This document shows, one piece after another, positions 1-10,858 of a DNA stretch of 64,000 bases (position 1 is the stretch's first letter; each line of letters starts with the position of its first letter). Below the pieces are notes generated by a model. That model saw only the letters and a program-made list of their open reading frames with translations, had not been told where the DNA came from and searched no databases. Where the stretch lies: positions 62,001 to 126,000 of the forward strand of contig QPGO01000203.1 in the NCBI GenBank assembly GCA_008632985.1, given 5' to 3'. The DNA comes from Psammoneis japonica. Taxonomy: Eukaryota. The position numbers and the translations under genes were made by a program.

Positions 1-1642
1 CACAACCAAGAACCTAGCAGCACTCTCGGGAGTGGTGTACAACCTAGCCACTTCGCAGCAGAAGACTCAAGAACAGATCCACAGCACTCAAGAACAGCTC
101 CACAGCACTCAAGAACAGCTCCAGGGCTTTCAAACTGCTTCCGTGGCACGTTTCACAACAATCGAGGCAGGACAGAAAGATCTCGAGAAAAGAGTGTGCC
201 ATTTGGAAGAGTTGACTACAAGCAATGCCAAGAACTGGGCATCGTTTCAAGAGATAAGGGAGGAGTACCACCGCAATAGCCAAGAAATGGGAGGTTGCCG
301 CCTCTTTGCCTCCCCGAGGACCTCTCCAAGCACCACGGTAGTTCAGCTTGATGACATTACGGTCGAAGAAGAAAGGTACCTTATGACTAAGTTTGATGGA
401 CTCCTTGCTCCGAACTTCGATCCAACGCCACTCTCAGATGTTCATAAGGAAAATTTGGAACAGTTTAGTGGAGATCTCAAGGGTGCACCTCTAACTTCGA
501 TGTCCGCCGAATTTTGTGAGTCGGACTTTATTATGCTCAAAGATCCATCCCTCCTTACGCATATGGAGTCTTTCACGGAGTTCTATGAGCAACTCGGCGA
601 GAATTTCCTAGTCATTCCGTGCCCCGGAGATGATCAGTCGGCCGTGTATGTCGCGAATACTATCCAGGATACATTCACGGAGACCTTCCTTCCGGCTGTT
701 GGAGGCGTGACGGTTCAATTTGATTTCACCGTTTTGAAGGGTGACTTGTCCTTGATGGTCCATGCGCCCTCGTCTCAAGCTGCAACTGACACCGTGGAAG
801 CGCTTCGGCAGCTTGCTATGAATGGTCGTGCTCGGATTCGAGACATTGAAATTGAGGCGCGGTTTTCCGACTGCAACCAAAATGAGACCCCGATTGGTCT
901 GCCCTTTCAGTCGGAGCGTTATGAGAGTACGGCGACGCAATGCTCCTTGGAATTGAAGAACGTTATTGTGGCTCCCGAGCAGATGCCCAACCTTGTCGCT
1001 AATTTTGAATTCATCAAGTTTGAAAATGCTTCTTTTTCGATCGATGGTGGAGGTGCTCTTGTTGACGCAATTACCAAACGCCAGCAGAATCATTCGTTGC
1101 AGCGCATAGAATGCCGCAACACTGTTCCTTTTGAAGAGGAACCTCTCCTGCGTCTAGTAAGGTGGCTTGGAGACGAGGGACGGCAGTCCTTCAAACTCGT
1201 TCTGCAGAATAGTACGTGTGCACTGACTCACTTCTGTAATCACATACGACGATGCAATTGTTACTCTGTACGTTTTCGCTGCTTCTAACTCGTCTCTTTC
1301 CTGCTTCTTTTAGGTACTGTGGGAACTTTGTGGGATGATATGCCTCTTGCCGTCATGAACGAGATTGAATCTCAGATTTCGACGGCGTTCGCGAACGGCA
1401 CCAAGTTGGCTCATCTTGAACTCGTGTACGAGGATGTCTCGAAGTCTTCCCTGCGGTCAGTGCTGGAGAGTGCTGTAAAGACTGCTTTCCAATCGGTTGA
1501 TGAGGAAAGCAACCGAGCTTTCCGGATGGTTCACGATGAAGACTTCCTACCTATCGTGATTAAGGGATCACGTGAAAAGGTGGCAAAAATCTCCACACGT
1601 GTGAAAGCTTGGGCTCACGAGGCTCTTGGCACTGTCGCATAA
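1..1642 (+). CDS. 5'-partial spliced gene, unknown protein (N-terminal coiled-coil repeats, degenerate RNI/LRR-like C-terminal part)
   Basis: The frame is open from base 2. Intron 1212-1313 (GTACGT...CTAAC...TAG) joins ORF 32..1288 in frame to ORF 1319..1642. 21-bp tandem repeats at about 66-122 encode QEQ(I/L)HST. Confidence 0.6.
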
Positions 1643-2604
1643 AAGGAGCTACTGTGTTCCTCCTCTTTCTGCACTTTCGTTGATTCTACTCAGTGAAGAG
1701 GACTTCTATCTTCTACCTCTCTCTGCACTTCAGCTGCTGTACGAGTCATCGAGACTGTTTCTACTGACTGACAAAGACTTTCTCATCTTATGTGTATCTC
1801 TATACTTAAGCTGCAATGGGTAGCGAGTAGTTTGAAACTGCTTCTACCTATTGAAACGGACCTATAGCTTCTATGCATCTCTTCTATATTTTAGCTGCCG
1901 TAGTCAGTACCTTTTCGTTTGCTAATTTTCCAGCCTGTTGCGGCCCGACACCGAGGAATCAAGTATGTGAAAAGGGTGGTTCTTGAGCTTGCTACGGGGC
2001 TTGAGACTGCACTTTCGTGGAATACGGACGATTATCAATTCACCAGTTACATTAAAAGCAGCAGCTCCAATGCACGGGGCCTGAGCTGCTGTAGCGAGCG
2101 AAGCCAAAGTATCCCCATGTTGGCGAGGTTTTTCGTCCCTGACTCCGTGCGATTGTTTCAGACCATTCAAACAACAAGCAACAGCCTTACCAATTAGCAG
2201 CACCGTCGGAATAAGATAAGGCATGACTGAACGGCAAACTCGAATTATGAAAATGCAATGTCATTGCGAGTTGAGGTAGTTTGAGACTACCCCCTGACAC
2301 GTAACAGCCTGCAACAGGTGGCTAAACCATACCCACCTACTTCGATAAGATAGTGCATCCAACTAGTGATAGTCTTCTTCGGTTTCTGCAGAGCAAAATC
2401 AAGTAACGCCCATGCTCGTTCTTCGATGTTATCATTGATAGACTTGAATACGTCCTTTTCTCTTTCGTGAACAAGGACTCTGACTTGGTTGGTGTCCATA
2501 ACGCTGGAGTAAGTGCGTCACATCATTGTTGGGTGTCAAATGCAAGGTACCAAACGTAGCAAGTTGCCTCATTCACGTCCATAAGAGGAGTCTGCCAGAA
2601 TATC

Positions 2605-2995
2605 GTGCAAATCGTCAGCATCAACGAGAGAGGCGATCGACGAGGACAACAAAACAAGCTGGTCAAAGGTCGGGTCATTTAGTATACCGCGAGCATCATT
2701 CAGCAACTGAAACATACCGGTCGAGCTGGATGAAACAGTGCCATTTTCGTTGTTAAGACAATGAAGCAGCTTCGAGTATTCCTCGTTCTGTCTCAAGCCT
2801 CTTCTTGGAAAGATTCAAATAGTTCGTCTTGATTGCATCCAAAAGCTCATCGTTCTCTGTTGTCATGTGAACAAGTCTTCTTCTCGAGCCCGTAACAAGA
2901 CTCGTAGATCCGGTGAGCGAGGAAAACCAAGGTTCAGAGACGTCGAAAAAAAAACTAGCATACAGACTTGCATCTTGGTACTCAGTTTCGGCAAG
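2605..2995. repeat. Dispersed duplicate of 5027-5467 (decayed coding fragment)
   Basis: Shared GTGCAAATCGTCAGC...GTCATTTAGTATACCGCGAGCATCATTCAGCAACTGAAAC...CCAAGGTTCAGAGACGTCG...CTAGCATACAGA, with indels. Confidence 0.85.
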
Positions 2996-3252
2996 CGCGT
3001 AGGCTGCTAGCAACATGAGCATCATCATGACAGGACTGAAAAGTTTCAAAGGACGTGGTAGCTGGCGTACGAATCTTGGTAATCATGTTTTTCCATATGA
3101 GCGCCTTGGGTTGGATCCATCCCAAACACCACGATTAAGACAGATTCTTCAACAGCTATGGTTTTTGGTGACTGATGCTCTGACGGAGTCTCCTCAACAT
3201 CGCATCAGCACTTGACGCCTCTTCTTATTCTTGCACTGAGCACTCTTCTTCG

Positions 3253-3567
3253 TCATGGCTTGCTGAAACAACGGACAGCGCTATAATTGGATTGATTGTA
3301 CAAGACGGGCGTGGTCAATTCGATATTGTGAACTTGTCGAGCAATTACAGCATCCACCTGATATTTGTGGAACACTTCCTCAAAGGCATTGTACGGATTG
3401 GAATCTTTTTTCTGGATCACCCCAAGGAGAGTAGGACGGACGATGATAAAGGCCGACAATCCAGTTGACCAAGGATACAATCGCCGCGTTGTCGGAGAAG
3501 TGGCTTTTCTCAAATCTTGAACGAGCCGTTGCATTATTCTAACTTTCATTTCGGGAGGGACGGCCAA
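3253..3567 (-). pseudogene. Purple acid phosphatase / metallophosphoesterase C-terminal fragment
   Basis: AFEEVFHKYQVDAVIARQVHNIELTTPV resembles the FE.LF.KY.VD.V..GHVH.YERT.PV motif, with the GHxH motif degraded. No N-terminal domain is present. Confidence 0.5.
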
Positions 3568-3606
3568 TATTGGCTCTAATCGTACACTCTACTTGCAACT
3601 TCTCTT

Positions 3607-4508
3607 CTAAACGACAAGCGAATGGTGTTCATCGGAGGATCTCAACTCGGTGTATCGTTCCTGTTTGCGACGGTTGACACTCAAAAAGACTTGCTTGACT
3701 GCAAACGTCGTAAAAGCAATCAATAGGACGGAACCAAACGACCAATGATGATGGTGTGGTGGCGGTGGCGTTTGACTGGTGGTGACAGGGGTCGTGTCAT
3801 TGTCGAAATGATTGACTGGAACAGCATCATCCGAATCATCATGCTCGTCTCCAGGACGAGCCATACTGGTATTTGTATGGTTCTTTGTCAACAAGGACTC
3901 TCCGTGTGACATGACAACATCATCATCGATATCAATATCCGCGCCTTGCCAATTGCTGGGATTCAGTAAGGAAGCATTGGGATACTCGTGCACAATGCTA
4001 TAATTGTCCTTGGTATCCAACATTATTTCATCACAGTTCCCAAACTCTTGCTGGGCAGAAGACGTTGGAACCGTCATCCATCCCTCGTGGAGTCCACGCA
4101 AAAAATCCCACTCCGCAAAGGCGCCGCCCTCGGTCTTGAGAGTCCAATAAAACCAAGCGTCCGTTACATTTTCATACGTGACCATTTGAGCCTGGACGTA
4201 GTGCTTTAAAAAGTCTTGACGCTTGGGTGGTAGGGTCCGGTTCAAGAAGGGAGCTACGCCGTTTCGCGCAATTCCCTCCATGACTCGATTCAACTGGGCA
4301 CCCACCAGTTGGAAGGCTTGCAATCCGTATCGCGACATAGCGTGCCATTTTTTGGCCTGCCAATTTGACCGGGATACCAACAGAAGCATCCATTTAAATG
4401 ACAATCCGTCAGTGCAAATAAACAGGGAGCAATGAAACGCTCACTGAGCAACCAACCACCCAAGTCGACGCCGCGAATCATCATGCTGTTGTTGCTGGTT
4501 TTCGTCAT
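3607..4508 (-). pseudogene. GH5 exo-1,3-beta-glucanase-like gene with internal deletion and frameshift
   Basis: N-terminal IRGVDLGGWLLSERFIAPCLF (frame of 4290..4550) abuts C-terminal AQMVTYE...AWFYWTLKTEGGAFAEWDFLRGL and a TM helix (frame of 3607..4404). The catalytic core is missing. Confidence 0.75.
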
Positions 4509-4858
4509 GGCAAAAAAACCACCACCACTCATTCTCATACAACCAAGCATACACTTCCCTCCAACGATTACAACTCGGCATGTTTGTCACGTGTTGGCCC
4601 TCACCGAGGATCGCTGTCGACAAAAATGCGATTTTTCGGCATTTTGATAAGTCGTGCATCTCAAGAACGCATATAAAACGGGTTTTTTGACCCGCAAGGA
4701 TACTGCCTTTGCCCACTTCAGTGCCATCGCTGAATCCGGCGTAACAAACTTAGTCGGAAACGACCCTGAGTTTACAAGATGGGTCGAAAATGAAGGCGAT
4801 ATCCAAAAAGTGAGTATGCATACTGAAGCCTATCTAAGCCTATTTGGTGCATGGTGAT
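4506..4858. repeat. Upstream region duplicated at 5718-6074
   Basis: CATGGCAAAAAAACCACCACCAC...CAGTGCCATCGCTGAATCCGGCGTAACAAACTTAG...TAAGCCTATTTGGTGCATG occurs in both places. Confidence 0.9.
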
Positions 4859-5026
4859 GAGCGAGGCCGAACGAGAAATCTGAAATTGGCTGCAAGAGGG
4901 TTGCCAAAAGCGCCACGGGACCAATCACCGCGGCTAGCTTGACACGCGAGAAATGAAGGCCTGTGTCACAGACCCATAAGAAACAACACAATGAGACAGG
5001 TCAATATTGAAAGCAAGTAGAAAATC

Positions 5027-6074
5027 GTGCAAATCGTCAGCGTCAATGAGGGAGGCGATCCACGAGGACAACAAAACAAGCTGGTCAAAGGTCAAAGGTC
5101 GAGTCATTTAGTATACCGCGAGCATCATTCAGCAACTGAAACACATCGGTCGAGCTGGATGAAACAGTTCCATTTTCGTTTTAAAGACGACGACGCAGCT
5201 TCGAGTATTCCTCGTTCGTTATGGATGAGTCGTCCAAATGTTCCTGTTTCGTCATGTCTGAATTTGTGTCCCCAGGTTGTTTGTCTCTTCTTGGTAAGAT
5301 TCAACTTCATCTTGATTGCATACAAAAGCTTATCATTCTCTTGTGTCTTCTGAACAAGTCTTGTTCTCGAGCCCGTAACAAGACTCGCAGATCCGGTAAG
5401 AAAGGAAAACCAAGGTTCAGAGACGTCGAGAACAAAACTAGCATACAGATTTGCATCTTGGTGCTCAGGTGACGGGGGAGCATTGTCGGAGCGTCATAGC
5501 CACCCATCATTCGTGAGAAGATTCATCAGCATCAATTCCACGTCTCTCTTGCGAGATACGGACAGTTTCTTGCGGACAGATTCTAACCTCTTGCGAGCTA
5601 CCAACTTTTCCGCAATAACAACAAGAGTCTCTGCGGTCCTATTGACCTCCACAAAAGGCTTGGAATCGGAAACAAGGCCGTGATAACGTAGATTTTGGCA
5701 ATTCCCCAAATTCTAACATGGCAAAAAAACCACCACCACCTCTCATTTTCATGCACCCACGCATGTCCTTCCCTCCCTCGATTACAACTCGGCATGCCGG
5801 TCTTGCGTCGGCCCTTATCGAGGATGGCTGACGACGAAAATGCAATTTTTCGGCATTTTGACCGTGTCGTGTAACCCAAACACGCCTATAAAACGGGTTA
5901 TTTGACCCGCAAGGACAGCACCTTTGCCCATTTCAGTGCCATCGCTGAATCCGGCGTAACAAACTTAGTTGGAAACGACCCTGAGTTTACCGAGATCGGT
6001 CGAAAATGAAGGCGATATTCAAAAAGTGAGTATGCGTTGCATGCCTATGTTGTAAGCCTATTTTGGTGCATGAT
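5027..6074. repeat. Segment sharing two blocks with 2605-2995 and 4506-4858
   Basis: Direct sequence similarity to both blocks. The minus-strand reading frames are interrupted by stops. Confidence 0.8.
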
Positions 6075-6894
6075 GGCGATGCGAGCGCCGCGAAACGTCT
6101 TCAGTTTCCAGCTGAATTTTCAGAGCTCGTGGGGACCTCGTACGGTACGTAAATTCCTACGCGCGATCTTTCGAAGAATCGAAGCACTGGATCGCCAACG
6201 TCTGTACGTCTGTACTACTCAAACACGACTTCAGACTCGTCACTTTCAACTTTGCTTCTTGCTTGATGTATCATTGCGGCTGGATAGCGGTATAACACCC
6301 AACACAACCTCCACTACGCCACGAGCAACGCAACAAGAAGTGTCCGCAACGTGTACTCTGTGCTTTCTTGATCAGGGTCAAGATTTGCTCTCAGCGTTGT
6401 GTGCCGACCTTCAAACCCTGGCGGCCACGATTGAATATGAAAACAGGGACGAGTGCCGGGCGGTCCAAGTCAATGCCGTTACCGAATGCGGTTGTCCGCC
6501 CGTTGACGATTTCTACCGGTGAGTGCTCCATCTGCGATGGTGATACAGAGGCAGGCCGCCATCAAAAGAGACGATGAGCAAAACAAAGAACACTGTTCCA
6601 CCGTTTACATCTTCTGCTGAGTGGATATAAGGCAGATACGTGCCTTAGTGTCTTGGCTCTTGCTTTTCCAGGAACTCTCTCGAACTAAACAAGGGCACCA
6701 ATAGCAATCGCCAGTCGATCTTGGCCCACCCATGAAGGAGCCAACAGGAGCCGAGCTGCGAGTTGCCCAAGGTATAATCGTGTTGAGCCACACAATCCCG
6801 AGGACACCACTATCCCAACACGCGACAGAGACCAGTCAACGATCGGAAATCTCCCTTTCAAAAAGCAATGGCATGAAGAATTTTTCCTACTGAC

Positions 6895-7257
6895 TTATGA
6901 CTCATTGTCTTGCTGCTGTGAGGCTGCAACATCCTCGAGCCATTCCGAGTCGAGTCCGTGAGAGAATTGAGCCACGCGGGACGGGTCCATGGCGGGTTCA
7001 CCGGTGCAGGCTACACCGCCGCCATCATTATCATTGTCACCAAAAGCCGTCATGGACTCAATATACGCTTGAAACGACGGCGAAAACTCGGGGGGAGTGT
7101 AGTTGTGGTACTTGTCGTCGTCATTGATGCTCCGGGAGGCGCCTCGATTTATTGTACGGCGTCGTCGTGATAGACTCAGTCTTGTGCTGATCCAACCATT
7201 GCAAGAATCCAAACCATTCATAAGAAGCAATAAAATCCAAACGCAAGGCGAAGCCAT
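6895..7257 (-). CDS. Small unknown protein with signal peptide and possible plastid transit peptide
   Basis: MASPCVWILLLLMNGLDSCNG|W is followed by an S/R-rich stretch, like a diatom bipartite presequence. Confidence 0.5.
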   Translation of the reverse strand: MASPCVWILLLLMNGLDSCNGWISTRLSLSRRRRTINRGASRSINDDDKYHNYTPPEFSPSFQAYIESMTAFGDNDNDGGGVACTGEPAMDPSRVAQFSHGLDSEWLEDVAASQQQDNES

Positions 7258-7560
7258 AGTATTTTTCTCCTCTTGGTAATCGTTTCAGAAACAACACAAA
7301 CTGCCGTCAATAAGGGCTCGAGGCAACGCAACGACATGAAGAAAAATGAGGGTGCGCAGAAAAACAACTTCAACTTCTGACTCGCTTGACTCGCGACTAA
7401 CTCGACTACCGTATGATTTCGATGCCTGTCCTTCTGTCTGTTTGTGGTCATGACCTCCCAAATGAAGGCGAAAGGAACACAAACGAAACCACGACTACTT
7501 CATCCACTGTAGTACATTTGTTTTGAAGCTATCATTTACGCGTTGCTATTGTTCTCGGTT

Positions 7561-8906
7561 CTAGTTATAGCACCGAGAGATGCGGCACGACGTGTTTCTC
7601 GATCCCGGATTGGATTTTCTGGTTTCCCGCCATTTTCCCTCAATTTCAGCACGTGCTTTCTCTCCAACAATGTCACCCAAAGAATTGCGAAGCATTGCCA
7701 TGTTTTCCTTTAGTGCATGAGCTAAAGCACTCTCTCCAGCACTTCCGTGGTGGTCGTCTTGAACAGAGAAGGCTTTTCCTTGAGGAAGTGGCAAATCAAA
7801 TCAGGCTCTTTTCGCGTGCGCCCCAACACATTTGCCCACAAGGCATCAGGGACCAAAGACTTTCGCAACAAAAAGCTTCCTTTCTTTTTGCAATGATGAC
7901 AATCCTCGATTTCAGTGCATGCATTCTCTCCAACAATGCCAACCAAAAGATGACAAGGCATTGCTGTGTTTTCCTTTAGCGCACGAGCTAAAGCTCTCTC
8001 TCCAGCATCACCACACTGATTTCGCCGGACGCTGAGGAAATTTAGTGTGCGATTCTTTTGCAGCATCTTTCCAAAAGCTCTGGCACCTTTGTCGCCGATT
8101 CGATTGCTGTTGAGTTGCAAACTCCTGGTTCCCTTGTTCTGGGTGAGGCCTTTCCCGATGGCTCTGGCGCCTTCATCGCCTGTGCGATTCATTGAGAGAG
8201 AGAAATGACTGGAGCTTCATCATTCTCGGCAAGTCCCTTGAAAAGCTCTTGTGCACCATCATCTCCAATGTCATTGCCACGCAGAGAAAAACGTTTGACT
8301 GCACGATTTGTTTTCAACATTTCTCCAATGTGCTTTGCGCCCTCGTCGCCAATCTGATGATTGTGGTCAAGCCAGAGCACCTCGACTGAAGTGTTGTTCT
8401 TCAATGCCTCACACAGACACTTGGTGCCAGTTGGGCCAATGTGGTTGAAAGACAGCCCCAACTTTCTCAGCCGTGGCAGAGACGGGATCACTCGGCACAA
8501 CTGGCGCATCTCTTCATCTCCAACAATGTTTGTGGCACTGAGTTCAATCGACTCAACATTCGGAACTCTCTCATCGCCAAGATGTCTTGCAAATCATTTG
8601 AAGACAATGCCATTTTGTCAGAGGTGTCAAAGAGACAAGAAAATGAGTAAGCACCTGAAGAGGTCAGCGAGAGGTTTTCATCAAAGATAACAACAACGAT
8701 GTTGGATTCAGGATGCTTCGACGTTCGACCTTCTGCTTCGACGTTCCAGCAAGTTCGATCGTCGTAAAATCAGCGTAGGAATTGATGCGCGATTTCGCGC
8801 GATTGGATCTGGATCTTTTTCGCTCCAGCAGTTCCGCGGCGCGTCGCGAGGAGTCTGGAGGAGTCTTCGACGTTCGCTTTTTTCCAATCATTTCTTCAGA
8901 AGACAC
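7561..8906 (-). pseudogene. RI-type leucine-rich-repeat (NLRC3-like) gene, frameshifted, TpA-depleted
   Basis: Repeats of L.L..N.IGDEGA..I...L..N in ORFs 8189..8509 and 7722..8192, with a frameshift near 8190. An internal duplication (about 7640-7740 vs 7910-8010) is present. Neither ORF contains Tyr. Confidence 0.8.
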
Positions 8907-8969
8907 ATCACAAACCCACCGACGAGCGGCGGCGTTCTTGTTCTTGCATGGATCCGTTTTGTCGTCTTT

Positions 8970-10322
8970 ATGAAAAGAAAGATGTTTTATCTGCGTGCTT
9001 TGCTGCTGGTTCAGTTACTCCCAATTTTGGCGGCTGGGTTCTCGCTGACAACAACAGCGCGATTCTCATGCGGCTATTCTCGAGTAGTGGGAGAGAGACA
9101 ATGTCATCAACAGTATGCTCCCCAACAACCGCGATTTGCGCTGGTCAGACCAAGAGGCGCTACCGTATTGTCTTTGCTCTTTGCAAATCCAAACGACTCT
9201 TGTAAAAACGATCCTGACGTCTCGAATGAAAGCAACAAAAATAATTGCGCAGATCCGAATGCACACGACAAGCAGAAACATTCAGACCATGCAAAAGACG
9301 ACTCATCACTTCACCGTGCCGTTCATCATCACGTGGAACATCGAGCCTCGGAAAAGGGGGGAATTGAACTGAGTCGACTGGCGGCAGAAAAAGCCATCCA
9401 ATTTGTGGAAAAGGGGCGAGCGATTGATTTGGGATTGGAACGAGCTGCGGAACGATTCGGAGAACGTGCTACAGAAAGGGTGGGAGAGCGAGCGGTAGAG
9501 AGGATTGGAGAGAGAGCTGTGGAGAGAGTGGGAGAAAGTGTGTCGGAACGAATAGGCGAACGTGCGGCGGAGCGTGGGTTGGAACGAGCGGCAGAAAAGA
9601 TTGGAGAAGGGGCAGCTGAAAGAATAGCAGAGAGAGCGGCAGAGAGAGTGGGAGAAAGTGTGTCGGAACGAATAGGAGAAAGAGCGGCGGAGCGTGGCTT
9701 GGAACGAGCGGCAGAAAAGATTGGAGAAGGGGCAGCGGAAAGAATAGCAGAGAGAGCGGCAGAGAGAATAGGCGAACGCGGCACAGAGAGGATAGGAGAA
9801 CGGGTAGCGGAGCATGGATTGGAAAGAGCAGGTGAGAGAATCGGGGAGCGCGCTACTGCGAGGATGGGAGAGAGATCTGCTGAAAGATTTGGGGAGAGAG
9901 CCGCCGAGAGGATTGGAGAGCATACAGTTATTGCTGGACGAAAGAGTTTGAACGGAGTGGCTCGACCGTTGGCTTTGTCTATTCCAGAACGAGTGGCGCT
10001 ACGGATTGGTCGAGGATTGCTTATTGCACTGCCGGCACTTGGAGGTGTGTTTGCCCTGTATCTACTGAAAACAGACAGGGCGAGAGCAGGACTTGAACGG
10101 AAGCGTGGCTCGAAGTTGACCTCCGTGTTGTTTGGTGGAGCTGCTGCGACGGATGCAGTGGACGCTATTTGTCACTTTGCTATCGCTTATGGGGTTTTGC
10201 GCAAATTCTGCCATCATAAACTTGCCCAACTAGAAGAAGTCAGTCTCGGCTGTGCCTTCTTCTCAACACTCTGTGCTGTGGTGGGAGAGATTGTAACTTA
10301 TACAAACAGGAAGAAACGGTGA
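8970..10322 (+). CDS. Unknown protein: signal/transit peptide, ERAAERIG-type repeats, C-terminal TM helices
   Basis: 450-aa ORF with a hydrophobic N-terminus ending ILAAG|F, a 120-bp tandem duplication (9521-9760) and hydrophobic C-terminal segments. Confidence 0.8.
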   Translation: MKRKMFYLRALLLVQLLPILAAGFSLTTTARFSCGYSRVVGERQCHQQYAPQQPRFALVRPRGATVLSLLFANPNDSCKNDPDVSNESNKNNCADPNAHDKQKHSDHAKDDSSLHRAVHHHVEHRASEKGGIELSRLAAEKAIQFVEKGRAIDLGLERAAERFGERATERVGERAVERIGERAVERVGESVSERIGERAAERGLERAAEKIGEGAAERIAERAAERVGESVSERIGERAAERGLERAAEKIGEGAAERIAERAAERIGERGTERIGERVAEHGLERAGERIGERATARMGERSAERFGERAAERIGEHTVIAGRKSLNGVARPLALSIPERVALRIGRGLLIALPALGGVFALYLLKTDRARAGLERKRGSKLTSVLFGGAAATDAVDAICHFAIAYGVLRKFCHHKLAQLEEVSLGCAFFSTLCAVVGEIVTYTNRKKR

Positions 10323-10858
10323 CAACTGCTGAGGGTGGAAGCTTTGTGCGCGTAATACGGTCGACCGCAGCACCAAGGCAGATTTACCTGTTATCGGGAG
10401 GACAAAGAAGCCAACTGTGATGGCCCCGGCACCGGCCAAGTCCTCACCATGGCTTTTGGCCAGACGATCGAGATGTATGTATGTTTGTTTGTTTGATAGA
10501 TCCTCTCTCTATATACTAAAGCTACTTCTCTAGTAGTTACGGTAAACTCTACGCTAGAGCTAGCCTGTAGCTACTCTCTCTAGCTCTCTAGAGAGTAGCT
10601 AGAGAGAAAGATAGCCCATAGACTACCGCGGTAGACGGTAACGATAGAGTGGATGGAATGCGGTGCTTGAACCCGGAGGTCCACGAATCAATCGGTATCA
10701 TAAGTACGTACTTGAAGTACGGAGGACCCAAAAACTGACATGGGATTGAAAGATTGCGCAAGGATTGTGAATTCGCGACACTGGAAACTGGAAACGAAGA
10801 GACAAAAGCTGGAAGCATTGTATTACAAAAAAGAGATGAAAGAAACCGGAGGTCCAAG

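Noticed and set aside
5718..6074. TA/CG loss in this copy relative to 4506-4858 (CATACA->CATGCA, GATAC->GACAG, TGCGAT->TGCAAT)
   Set aside because: Suggestive, but there are too few sites among many other differences to count as independent evidence.
9306..9923. Ser/Arg-rich minus-strand ORFs
   Set aside because: They are the antisense shadow of the ERAAERIG repeats.
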